DNA of 64,000 nucleotides from NCBI GenBank assembly GCA_030704615.1, contig CM060733.1, positions 68,882,001 to 68,946,000 on the forward strand, read 5' to 3'. The position numbers and the translations under genes are program-made. Positions 22,810 through 33,118 of this stretch are shown piece by piece. The DNA is from Takakia lepidozioides. Its lineage: Eukaryota; Plantae; Bryophyta. The notes under the pieces were generated by a model that saw only the letters and a list, made by a program, of their open reading frames with translations, made no database searches and was not told the origin of the DNA. How positions within the stretch are numbered: the stretch's first letter is position 1; each line of letters begins with the position of its first letter.

Positions 22810-24690
22810 CATGAATTTCGGCACCGAAATCTGGATGAACATCTCTGTCATGTAACAGCTTTGGAAGCCAAGGGATGAATTCTGGCAACAGAAATCGTAA
22901 TTTGTTTACCTCATAAAACTGACCAAGCACCCAACGGATGGATTTCGGTGCCGAAATTCGGATGAACTTCTTCTTCATTAAATTGTATCTGCACATATGG
23001 GTTGAATTTAGATGCCAAAATACGGATAAATGTGTTCCTGATTACAGTCGTGATTGACCACGTGTCCGGATATCGGTGCCGACTTCCGAATGACAGTAAT
23101 CCTGATTCGGCAGAATGGATGTATTTCGGCGCCGAAATTCATTCTTCATCTCCTTTTCCGACCCTAATTCTGCTGCCCTGCGTATGGATTTCGGTGCCAG
23201 AATTCATCGGAAGTCCTTTCTGTTTTTATTTTTCTTTGCGACAGATGAACTTTGGCGCCGAATCTCATCCAAGTACTCCCTTTTAATTTCCCTTTTTCTT
23301 CGAGAGCAATGAATTTCGGCGCCGAAATCAACCAAAATCCTCCGATTTTTTTTTTCCTTCGCGAGCATTGAATTTCGGCGCCGAAATTCATTCCAAGTCC
23401 AGGAGATATTTTTTATTTTCCTTCGCGAGCAATGAATTTCGGCGCCGAAATTCATACGAAGTCCTCCAGAAATTTTTTTTTCCTTCGCGAGCAATGAATT
23501 TCGGCGCCGAAATTCAGCCGACTTCATCCCTCCAAATTCTTTTCAGGGTTTTAGCGGCGGATTTCGGCGCCGAAATTCATCCAATGCCTTCCCTCCAATA
23601 TTTATTTTTCTTTGAAATGGATCAATTTCGGCGCCGAAATTCATCCTTACTGTCCGCAATGAGTAACTCTAATATTACATTTTCTATGCGACGGATGAAT
23701 TTCGGCGCCGAAATTCGTCCAAACCCGGCACTTACTTTTTGGTTTTGGATGATAATTTTCCGTAAATCGTTGGAAATACCCCGTTCCGACGAATATAACA
23801 GGAATATTCTGCATTTAATGGAGAAATCGGCATATTAAACCACTTCTGTCAAAATTAATTGCATTTTAGCCGTTTTTTTTTCGTTTGAAACCGACAGTAT
23901 CCATGAAGTGGTCTTTTTCGCACGGGACGTTGCCGCACATAAAGTATAATTTCGGCGCCGAAATTATAGTTAAATGTCCAGAAATGGCAAGTCCAACAGT
24001 CATGGACAGCATCCGTCAGGGGCAATGATGGCGGCAAAGCATAGCATCGTGCAGATTTAATCTTCGCTCTGGATGAATTTCGGCGCCGAAATATGGATGA
24101 TTTCACCTCGTCTACGCGCGGACGCTCATATTCGTAATGAATTGCGGCGCCGAAATATGGATGGAATGTGCCGAAGTGCAGCCGTTTCCGTTGTCCCGGA
24201 ATTGATTCCGGCTCCGATATCCCACCGACAGGTTTGCTCATGACGAATGAGGACTTGCGAAGCGATGAATTTCGGCGCCGAAATATGGATGATTTCACCT
24301 CGTCTACGCGTGGACGGACATATTCGTAATGAATTTCGGCGCCGAAATATGGATGAAATGTGCCGAAGTGCAGCCGTTTCCGTTGTCCCGGAATTAATTC
24401 CGGCTCCGATATCCCACCGACAGGTTTGCTCATGACGAATGAGGACTTGGAAAGCGATGAATTGCGGCGCCGAAATTTGTAAGTTTGTGTATGAAAGCAC
24501 TTGAATAGGATGAATTTCGGCGCCGAAATTCATCCGTCCGCTGATGAAACGTACCGACCTGACTGTTGAATGTCATATGCAGGCGATTTTCATGGCGGTT
24601 GGGTTTCATGATGTGCGGATATTTCATTCAATGCCGGCTGCTCCGGGAACCGCATCCGGTGAACGGAACGTATTTCGGTGCCGCAATTCG
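22810..24690. repeat. Array of 20-bp palindromes GAATTTCGGCGCCGAAATTC between the two divergent genes
   Basis: About 25 exact or degenerate copies counted by eye, mostly 59-65 bp apart; includes a 192-bp higher-order duplication (about 24070-24450). Confidence 0.95.
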
Positions 24691-25197
24691 GATAAACCGT
24701 CATACACTGGTGGCTGGAACTGGCACGCGTCGTGTTCCAGTCGACTTCATCCGTGCGAACGTGTCAGGGGTCACAATCTCTTCATCACCCATACGGCAGA
24801 AAGTGGTGGACGGTGGCAACGCTTCGGGAGACGTGGCTGCTTACGCATCTGCTCGTGCATAGTGGTTGCATGTTCCACCGCTTCGCTCTCTCGCTCCTTG
24901 CCCTTCTGCAGTGACGTTCTCCTGCGTTTCCTCTCCTTATGCGGCATAGTGGTAGCATAGAGTTTGTGGAAGGTCAGGCAACTCCGGCAAAGAGGAGGAC
25001 GCGGGATTTTGGGAAGCCGCCGACGACACGACTTAAGCTCCGTCTCATGCATGAAATGCAGACGTCGTTATCCGGAGACTCGGATCGCCCACCAGTGAGA
25101 GATTCGTGCTTCGCGGATGTGAAGCACTCCATACGCAATATTCCTTTGACACCTTTGTTTTGGCGTGCAGTGTCTCATGTTTTCCTGTTTGTTTGAC

Positions 25198-28100
25198 ATG
25201 GGAGCTGGGGAGGGATCGCAGGGGGGCGAGGCAACACAGTCAACTTTGGATACTCCTGCCCGGGTGCTGCGCTCACAAGGTGGAAGTGCATCGAGGCAGA
25301 CGAGTCCTCATTCAACACCTCAGATATCGCCTCCGAAAAGCCCACCTAGAGTTCGGAAGCCGAGAAAGCAGAAGGAGCCCATGGCTTCGCCAGTAAAACC
25401 CCTAGGGAGACTGGAAGCGGAGGTATTGGGTTTGCAGTCAATTTCAGAAAACACAGATGCGGTGGAGGCCGCTGGAGATGTGGGAGTCGGATCTGCAGAA
25501 GGGCGGCCCATTCAACTGACAGAAGGAGAGGACGATAACGTGGTACGACTTGGCGACGATCAGAACCTGCTGGATCTTGCGGAGGAGCAAAACCTCCAGG
25601 ATAGTACACAGGCTGGTGAGAGGGGTGAGGGAAGTGACAGAGGTGATACAAGTAAGAAACTGGTGGCGGGTATGCTCATGAGCGCACGAGACATGAACAT
25701 AGCAGCAAACAGGTTGCTGGCAGAGACTCATAGCAACATAGGCCGCGTTTTGGGCTCCATGGTGTATCCCGAGAACCTTAAAGTTCCTTTGTGTCGCATG
25801 GTAAGCCTTCCAGTTGTAAGGCAAGCACTGCCAGGGGATATCGATCGACTGAAGCACAACTTCAGAGAAGGGTACAGACGGGGGTCGGCAGCATTCTACG
25901 TTTCCATTGAGAATGACCAGGGTGTCACAAGGGGCCCCACTGCAGAGGAGCTTCAGAATTGGGGCCCCCACTGGCACACTGTTAATGCCGAGTTTGAAGC
26001 CTATTGAAGACTAATCCCACATTCGCACACATGGAAGGGAAGATGTTCTTCGTTTGGGACGGGAACCACAGGATGCTTGCCTGGACAGAGTACATTGCTG
26101 AAATGCATCCGCAAGATATCAGTTGGCATTACATGGTGGACTGCATTGTCGTGAAGGTGGACGTCAGGGACAGAGGACTGTTGAAGGGTGCCATGGCGGA
26201 TATAAATCTGTAAGTATACAATTACATCCTTGTGTACTGCCTATTGCGGCGCCGAAATAGGCAATGTTCACCACTGTCATGCACTCTATGAATTGGAAAT
26301 TGGATTGCTGTGCCGAAATCATATTTTCATGTTGTTTTTTTCTCCATGGCAGGGTAACAGAGAGGGCCTTCGTGGAAACTCATCTGGCACATACGCTCTA
26401 CAGAGTGCAAGAAGTGGGGACAGCTCCGCTGACGGACTTCCAAAAGTCCCTCGATCCCGAGCTGTACAGGAAGTCCCTAGCGAAAGCAGATCGCACCTGG
26501 TACCGACCAACACTGGACGCCATGGTGGAGATCCTCTATTCGGTGAGGTTCATCTCAAATTTCAGTATCAATTTAATGTTATTTGTTGCAAGGATCCGTG
26601 GCCTGACTATATCTGCTGGGTATGGGAATGCAGACGAACATCAGGGATGACTTGGCCTATGCCAAAAGGCAGTTCTTTGAGAATGATGCCCCCAACAAGG
26701 CGGACGCGTCGATAGAGAGTCATATTGTGCAGGCAGGGAAGCAATCCCGGACCAAGTACAGGTCCAAACTTGTTAAGCAAGTTGCAATCGCTGACCCTGG
26801 TCTTGGTGCCGAGTTCCTGGCGGAGATAGGACTGCATTACTCCAGACCCATGAAACCGGAAATGTCCATGGAGAAACTTCATCACATCGCAGTGTCCTGT
26901 GTTGAGCCGGCGGAGAAGGTAAGCATGTGTTTATTCTTGTTTTGTGACTTCTCGCGATTCTTATGTTGGAGCTCTTGTCTGACCGATGTGAGGTGGCTGC
27001 AGACGAGGTGGCTGCGAATCTGGAACGGCCATACAAACACGAAGCTGCTGTACCACTTTCCCATCGAGCCAACAGACGACAAAATGAACGACTGGCTCAA
27101 TGTCATGACTTGGTGGCATCAGGTATAATTTTCTCCTATTCTGTGTTGGACATCGTCGCAATTTCAAAATCATGAATGTTTTGGAAACCTGCCATGATGC
27201 AGGTACTGACCCACGCCCAGGAGCAATTGGACTGCAACACCACCACTTTCAAGTTACAGATCGACTGGACGAAGCCTGAGACAATGGAGAACTACGTGCA
27301 GTCGTGGCGAGGGCGCTTCGCAAACCTCTTTTTCAGAGAAATTGCAAAGGCAAGACGCAGCGTATACATCGAAGAGCAGGAGGGTGCCGACAAAGCGGCA
27401 ATGCGTGTCCTGTTCAGGTAATCTGCTGACAATGCATCCCCCTATTTGCAGTTTAGATGATTTGGTTAAGCAGCGATGGATATTGCGGCGCCGAAATATA
27501 CCTCTGCAAGATGTGAGTTCTGGGTAATTGGGGCACGGTCCACTCCGTATTTCGGTGCCGAAATACCTTGTGCATTGACAACTTCCACTTGCATGATGCA
27601 TCGGTAGAATGATTTTTGTTGAACTGCCTCGTGATTGCAGGTACATAAACTTTGCACTCATTCCGTCCGGAGCCATTCAAAGGGTTCCACCATTCTTCCT
27701 GGCGTGGAGGACACCTGGAGGTCGTGGAACGATGTACACAGAAGTAATGGCGAAGGAGTGGCATGCCGAGCATTTGGTAAACTGCCCCTGGTATGTGGAT
27801 CTCCCAAGTGGGACCGTTGACCTCTCGGAGGTTAACTTGAAGAAGGAAGCGAATGCCAGGGCTATGAAGGCGCAATCGGATCCCCAACCAGAGGACGCGG
27901 AAAGACTGAAAGCAGAGGAGGCAGCCAAGCAGAAAGCACTGAGAAAGTCAGCCAAGGCGGCAGCGTTGGCGAAGGAGCAGATGGAGAAGCAGGCAGCTGA
28001 GCAGCCCAAGGACAGGAAGAAAAGAACGCGCAAACAGGGGCAAGAGACGAAGACCCCCACACCCAAGAAGAAGAAGCAGCAAAACAGTCAGCCAGATGAG

Positions 28101-29491
28101 GAGGATTCGGACGACGATTTCCAGCAGGAAAACACCCAGGGGGCCACACCTCGTCCGAAAATTCACAAGGGCCAGCGCTCCGGGGGGTCGGCTGCAAAGA
28201 GATCACTATACGAGGATGCACCTGGCAGACCCTACCGTGCGGTGCAGATTGCGGGCAGGGAAGTCCTCAAAACACCCACAATTGTGGAGTGTGTTAATGA
28301 AAATTTCCTAACTGCTCTGACCAGAAGGCTGGAGATAACGAGTTTGAGGAAGGCGATCGAGGCCCACCAGGGGAAGGGGAAGAGGAAGGCCACTGGCAAT
28401 GATATGGAGGACACTCCTGGCTACACAAAGATGATGGAGTATTTTGTGGCGATGAGCCACGGCAAAAAGAGCACAGTCGGGGGCAGGGCGGTGAAAGCCT
28501 CCATCGACATGATCCTTGTGGATATCCCGGATGGGCAGGAGATACTGGGGCTGGGCTCAGTTCCCTGGTGGAACAAGTACGACGAACGATACTGGAGCCA
28601 CACATTCGGGTTCGCAGCCAACATGTTGGACGACGTTGGCTGTGTTGTTGTGCTAGCAGCCGATGGAGAAGTCACTGAGAATGATATCAAAGTATGGACG
28701 GGGAGAAGTGCAGCACCCATCCTGAAAAAGATCTGGACTTGCATCAACACGCAGGGTCTTCTCAACGATGGCCAGAAGGTATGCTGTGGTTCTCCTCTGC
28801 TATGTCAATTTCTTGGCCAAAATTGCCCCTGTACATGTAGGCCACCTCTGACGTTTTCATTTCCTTCTCTGCAGACTCTTATCTTTCAGGCATTTTGCTT
28901 CGTGAAGGAACATTCGAAATTCAAATTACGTGAAGCAGGAAGACTTGTTGATTCCACAGTTGATCCACTGGAGTATAACGTCCTGTTCAACCATGTGGGA
29001 GAGAAGGACATTCTTTGTGATTTGTCGGGCAAGCCATGGAGGTATGGCAGGACCAGGAGTCCTGCATTCATCCAGACGCTCATGGAAACGTGTACGGATG
29101 TTGAAGGCAGGGTCCTTGACGTCACTGCAAATACAGGTGAGAACGTTAATTGAATGCGGCACTGAAATTGACACCATTTCCGTTTCTGTATGTTTGCTTG
29201 TGCGAGGAAGCGACTCATTCTTGAGTTTGGCTGTGGTTGTCGTATGAATTCGCAGGTGCCTGTATGTGGGCGGGAAGGATGTCGAACCGATTTGTGTTCT
29301 CATTTGAGGGGGATACGGCCTTGTACGATTACAATTTGGCGGGCCTTCAGCGTCTGCCTCTGACTGAGGATCCCAAAAACGCAGAAGAGGACGTGGAAGG
29401 AGAGGAGGAAGATGAAGAGGAGGAAGTCCGGGAAATTCGTTCGATGCAGGGGCGCCCGAAGCCGCTTCCCCCAATGCCTGTCTTCGAGTGA
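25198..29491 (+). CDS. ParB/Srx-domain plus beta-class DNA amino-methyltransferase-like fusion protein (~1152 aa, 8 exons; 1-bp frameshift at ~26004 in this copy)
   Basis: Exons 25198-26209, 26353-26542, 26634-26918, 27003-27122, 27203-27417, 27641-28778, 28875-29136 and 29256-29491, all introns GT-AG and phase-compatible. FFVWDGNHRMLAW at 26046-26084 (ParB GxxRxxA patch); IDMILVDIPDG (motif IV position); splicing reconstitutes RSPAFIQTLMETCTDVEGRVLDVTANTGACMWAGRMSNRFVFSFEGD (motifs X-I-II). Confidence 0.8.
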
Positions 29492-29532
29492 GTTGCACCA
29501 TAGTAAGTGTATTGGTTTCGGTTGTAGGGACC

Positions 29533-30171
29533 ATGCAACCTGCCGATGATTCCCTGTTTGAATTCTCTAATGTACTTCATTCTATGTTTGTGCGTACACT
29601 CAGCCTTGCAGAGTCGTCCGACGAGGAGAAGCTGGGAGACTTGCTCAAATCGGACCCTGTTGCAGAGGAGGAGACAGAATCGCATCGGCCATTCTTTGCC
29701 AGAAAATCGTTTCTCGCGAGTCCCCAGAAGCCCTTTTTTCTACCAGCGTATGCAGACACGGCTGCCAAAGAAGCCATCAGGAGGGAGGATAGGCCTACTC
29801 GGTTAGAGCAATTGACATACGGGAATGAGCAGAGAATTATAATGAGGCGTGAGGCCAAACATAGAATTGTGAAAGGCAGAGTAGGGAAGTTCGTAATAGA
29901 ATCCGCGTCCGAGAGCGAGGGGAATGTCGAGGAGACTTCCGCACCCAGGTGGACAGTTCCGGCTGGTGAGGATGGTATTTTTGAGGGGAGGGCTTCTCAG
30001 AGTAACAGCGGAGCGGCAGTGCAGGTTCGGAGGCAGGTGGAAGGCAGCCATCCTTGCATGAGGGCGGGGATGCATCGGACAGTGATAGCGGATCCTCACC
30101 ATAGCAAAGTCTCATTTGGATCCTTTTGTTGTACAGTTCTGAAACACTTAATGAATATATTGACGATTTGA
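29533..30171 (+). other. Downstream acidic ORF (ORF4) or additional 3' exon(s) of the ParB-MTase gene
   Basis: Open in both copies for about 160 codons (ESSDEEKLGD...KFVIESASESEG); the copies differ by a 1-bp indel near 30011; no in-phase splice to exon 8 was identified. Confidence 0.35.
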
Positions 30172-31214
30172 AAAATCATTGTGTTCAGACTGCTTGTCCA
30201 TTCCCTACATTTCTTCCGCCAACCAAAATCTATAATAAAAGCAGAAGAGACGCAAACTTCAGTGAAGAACCCTACAAGTAATTTATGCACACCATCGACC
30301 CGGGAACTTGAAGCCATGAAAACCCTGCCGTTTCTAACATTCCTATTGGGAAATTTGGCGCCGAAATAGCCCAGTTTGCGCCTTCGTTATATGGGCCTCA
30401 AAAATTCCACGGATGAATTACTGCACCAAAATATTGCGATGGAAGCCTTCAGCACAAGGCACTTCACCACATTCCACTTGGGTATTTCGGCGCCGAAATT
30501 GCCCGTTCTGCGCCATTAAATACCGCACTATATCACATTTTAAGAGGTAATTTCGGTGCCGAAATACCCCGGTGGATGTCTTCAAAACACCATTTTAGCA
30601 CACTGCTCTCGGGAATAACGGCGCCGAAATTCCTCATTCCGCATCCTGGACCAGGAGAAACAGACCCTATTACCGAGGTAAGAGGACATAACACCGTCAA
30701 TAAAGGCAGGAAAATTCCAATTCCGCGGATGTCCGCTCATGAGCTCATAGGCTCATAGGCTCATGGGCTCATGCGCTCATGAAATAGTAAACCTCCTGCC
30801 CTGACAGCTTTGGAAAAGGGGAAAGAGGTCCATGGTGACATCTTCAGAACTGGAATTGTACCAGATGTCATTCTGAACAATACCCTGGTGAACATGTTTG
30901 CAAAATGTGGGTGCATCTAGGATGCAAAGGGAGTGTTCGAAACTACCTATAACCATGAAGTTGAGACACAGACACGGGAAGAAACGAACAACCCAAATTG
31001 CAACATAGATAAAACCCAACAAACAACACAAAAAAACTGAAACTGCGGACGTGAAATTAGGATGCAACTCACTACTGCCAAAATATATTTGTAGGCACAC
31101 GATTCCAAGCAGCACACATTCCGACCCCCAGCAAAAGATGTTGAATCATTGCAATTTCTGATTGCAATATATCCAAAGTTTGTGAGAAAATGACACCTAT
31201 TTTATACCATGCAA

Positions 31215-31985
31215 TTCTTGAACGGGTTCACCCCTTCGTGCATCATTTGCTCACAGGTCTCCAAAGCATTCGTACCACGCCCATGCTTGGTAATCCTGCC
31301 AACATTAGATTCCACGTGATCAAAGATCATTGAGGCATTCTGTGTTGAACACTTGGTGATCATCCATGATGCTCCCCTTAACATACATGTTGACAAGGTT
31401 GTTGAGTAGAAAAACGTTCGTCGTGCATCCACTTTGGACAATGTGAGTGTGCACCTGCTTTCCAACTTCTAGGCCTTTCATCTTGATGCACTTAGGCAAG
31501 ACACACATACGTATCTACATCTGCTGAAATGCCTCTTTGGTTTAAAGTCCGTAGAGCCTCTTTCAGTCTGCCTACCTCATAAAGCATCTTCACATGCCCA
31601 TAAGTGCCAGAAGATTTTATCAACTGTGCCGCTACAGGTGCCGCTTCCAGCTAACCATCCACCCATGGTGGTTTCTTGTAGCTATCCTTCCACAGGGATC
31701 CATAGGTAATTTGGAGATTGAAATCCGACCCTCTTGGATGAATATGGACCCACACTCTATCCTGCTCCTTCAGCTATCACTGCCTCTGCACAAATCATGC
31801 ATACATCCTTGCCTTGCTGCCAATGCGATCATCGCACTCCACGACACCACATCTTGTTGAGCCACAGTCGAACACTACCTTCGCATCTTCAATGCTCCCG
31901 CATTCGGCATACATGTCCATCACGGCGGTGTTCAGAATGGCAAACCCTGCAATTCCAGCTTTCACAATGTCACCATGGACCTTCC
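31215..31985 (-). pseudogene. PPR plus PDF-motif pseudogene fragment
   Basis: VHGDIVKAGIAGFAILNTAVMDMYAECGSIEDAKVVFD, then HPRGSDFNLQITYGSLWKDSYKKPPWVDG, then VHTHIVQSGCTTNVFLLNNLVNMYV; homologous to 13250-15100. Confidence 0.8.
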
Positions 31986-32584
31986 ATGTCACTTCCAGGT
32001 GGAGGCAATACATATTAAAATATGCAAGCCCCCAAGGCCAGATTTTGTTTGCCTGTTCTTGTGAAACACACGTCAGCAAATGTGGCCCTGAATCACGGGT
32101 GCAATCAATGCGTAGTGGTTCATGGAGTCGTTGAGTCGACTACATATTCACTTTAATGAATAAATATCTTTATTCCATTAATCGAATTATGAATAAAAAT
32201 TTATAGTCGCATGTGCAGTAATTAGAACCACTTGTAATTTCTGCTTTTTCAAATTTTATGTATTTACGTAATTAATTAAATAGCCCGGATTTTTACTACG
32301 ACTCCGGAGTCGTTGACCCCACTTCTACCCGCCGTCTGAAATGCCCCCGTGGGCCCACATTGTCCGTTTCGACTCTCCAGTAGTCCCGCTTACTGCCAAG
32401 TGGTTCCTGGAGTGGTTGGCGGACACCCAGTCGATTCGGAAAAGACACTAATGCTTCTAGTGCAACGTGCATCGACCCACTTGGGTTGGTGACAGGTGTA
32501 GAAGTGTTGGGCTGTCGCATTGCACTCTACATTCACAGGTTCATTTATATAAGTCACTGTTTTTTGTTGCTTACATCACTAGGG

Positions 32585-33118
32585 CCCATGGGAGTGGATA
32601 TTGGGTAAAGATGAGGGAGGAATAAAGCCCTTGGTATACAGTAATCCCGAACACTGTCATTGCCACTGAAACTATTGGGTGCAACCTATGTGGACTGCAA
32701 CTTTCTTATCGTAAGGATCAGCTGCTCGCTCACATCGGCTATAGAGGTGTGAAGAGCAATGGGGTGGGTTTATGCCCTAAAGCATCTATGCGGGTAAAAA
32801 ACCACTTTGCCCAGTGTGGAGGCAATTTTCCAATGTCTCTGGATCTGGACACGACCACTGAGCAGAACATGGGCTATTGACAATGTGGGCTATTGACGGA
32901 CTTCATCGAACAGGTCGGAAGTGATAGAATCGTGCAAATATGCACGGACAATGCCGCTAACATGAGGAACACTGCAAACATGTTATTGGCACGATATCCC
33001 CATATGTACTACCAAGGTTGTGCAGCTCATATCCTTGACCTCCTTTTAGAAGATTGGGGAAAAAAAACAGTGGATGAAACAACTTGTGCGGCGAGCGAAG
33101 ACCGTTGTGTCATTCATC
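32585..33118 (+). mobile_element. hAT transposase remnant (BED-like finger plus DUF659-type region), 5' part; target of MULE copy 2
   Basis: CNLCGLQLSYRKDQLLAHIG...LCP; FIEQVGSDRIVQICTDNAANMRNTANMLLARYPHMYYQGCAAHILDLLLEDWGK..WMKQLVRRAKTVVSFI. Confidence 0.85.

Larger units (their letters stand above)
17107..30795 (-). mobile_element. Mutator-like (MULE) DNA transposon, copy 1, 13.7 kb
   Basis: Perfect 9-bp TSD CTGCCCTGA (17098-17106 / 30796-30804); imperfect TIRs GGGGGTTGCTATTCCATGAGC.. / ..GCTCATGAAATAGTAAACCTC; encodes a DDE+SWIM transposase; a second full copy lies at 33119-46869. Confidence 0.95.

Noticed and set aside
23115-24533. ORFs with repeated NFGAEI / FRRRNS peptides (also 39386-40789, 17412-17917, 46141-46608)
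   Set aside because: These are translations of the DNA palindrome in several frames on both strands, not proteins.
22810-24690. CRISPR array (palindromic repeats with ~40-bp spacers)
   Set aside because: Eukaryotic transposon context, no cas genes, several spacers are copies of each other, and the motif also occurs singly in introns.
25198-29491. Bacterial contamination or prophage ParB-methylase gene
   Set aside because: The gene has seven phase-compatible GT-AG introns and lies inside a TSD-bounded MULE inserted in plant PPR sequence.
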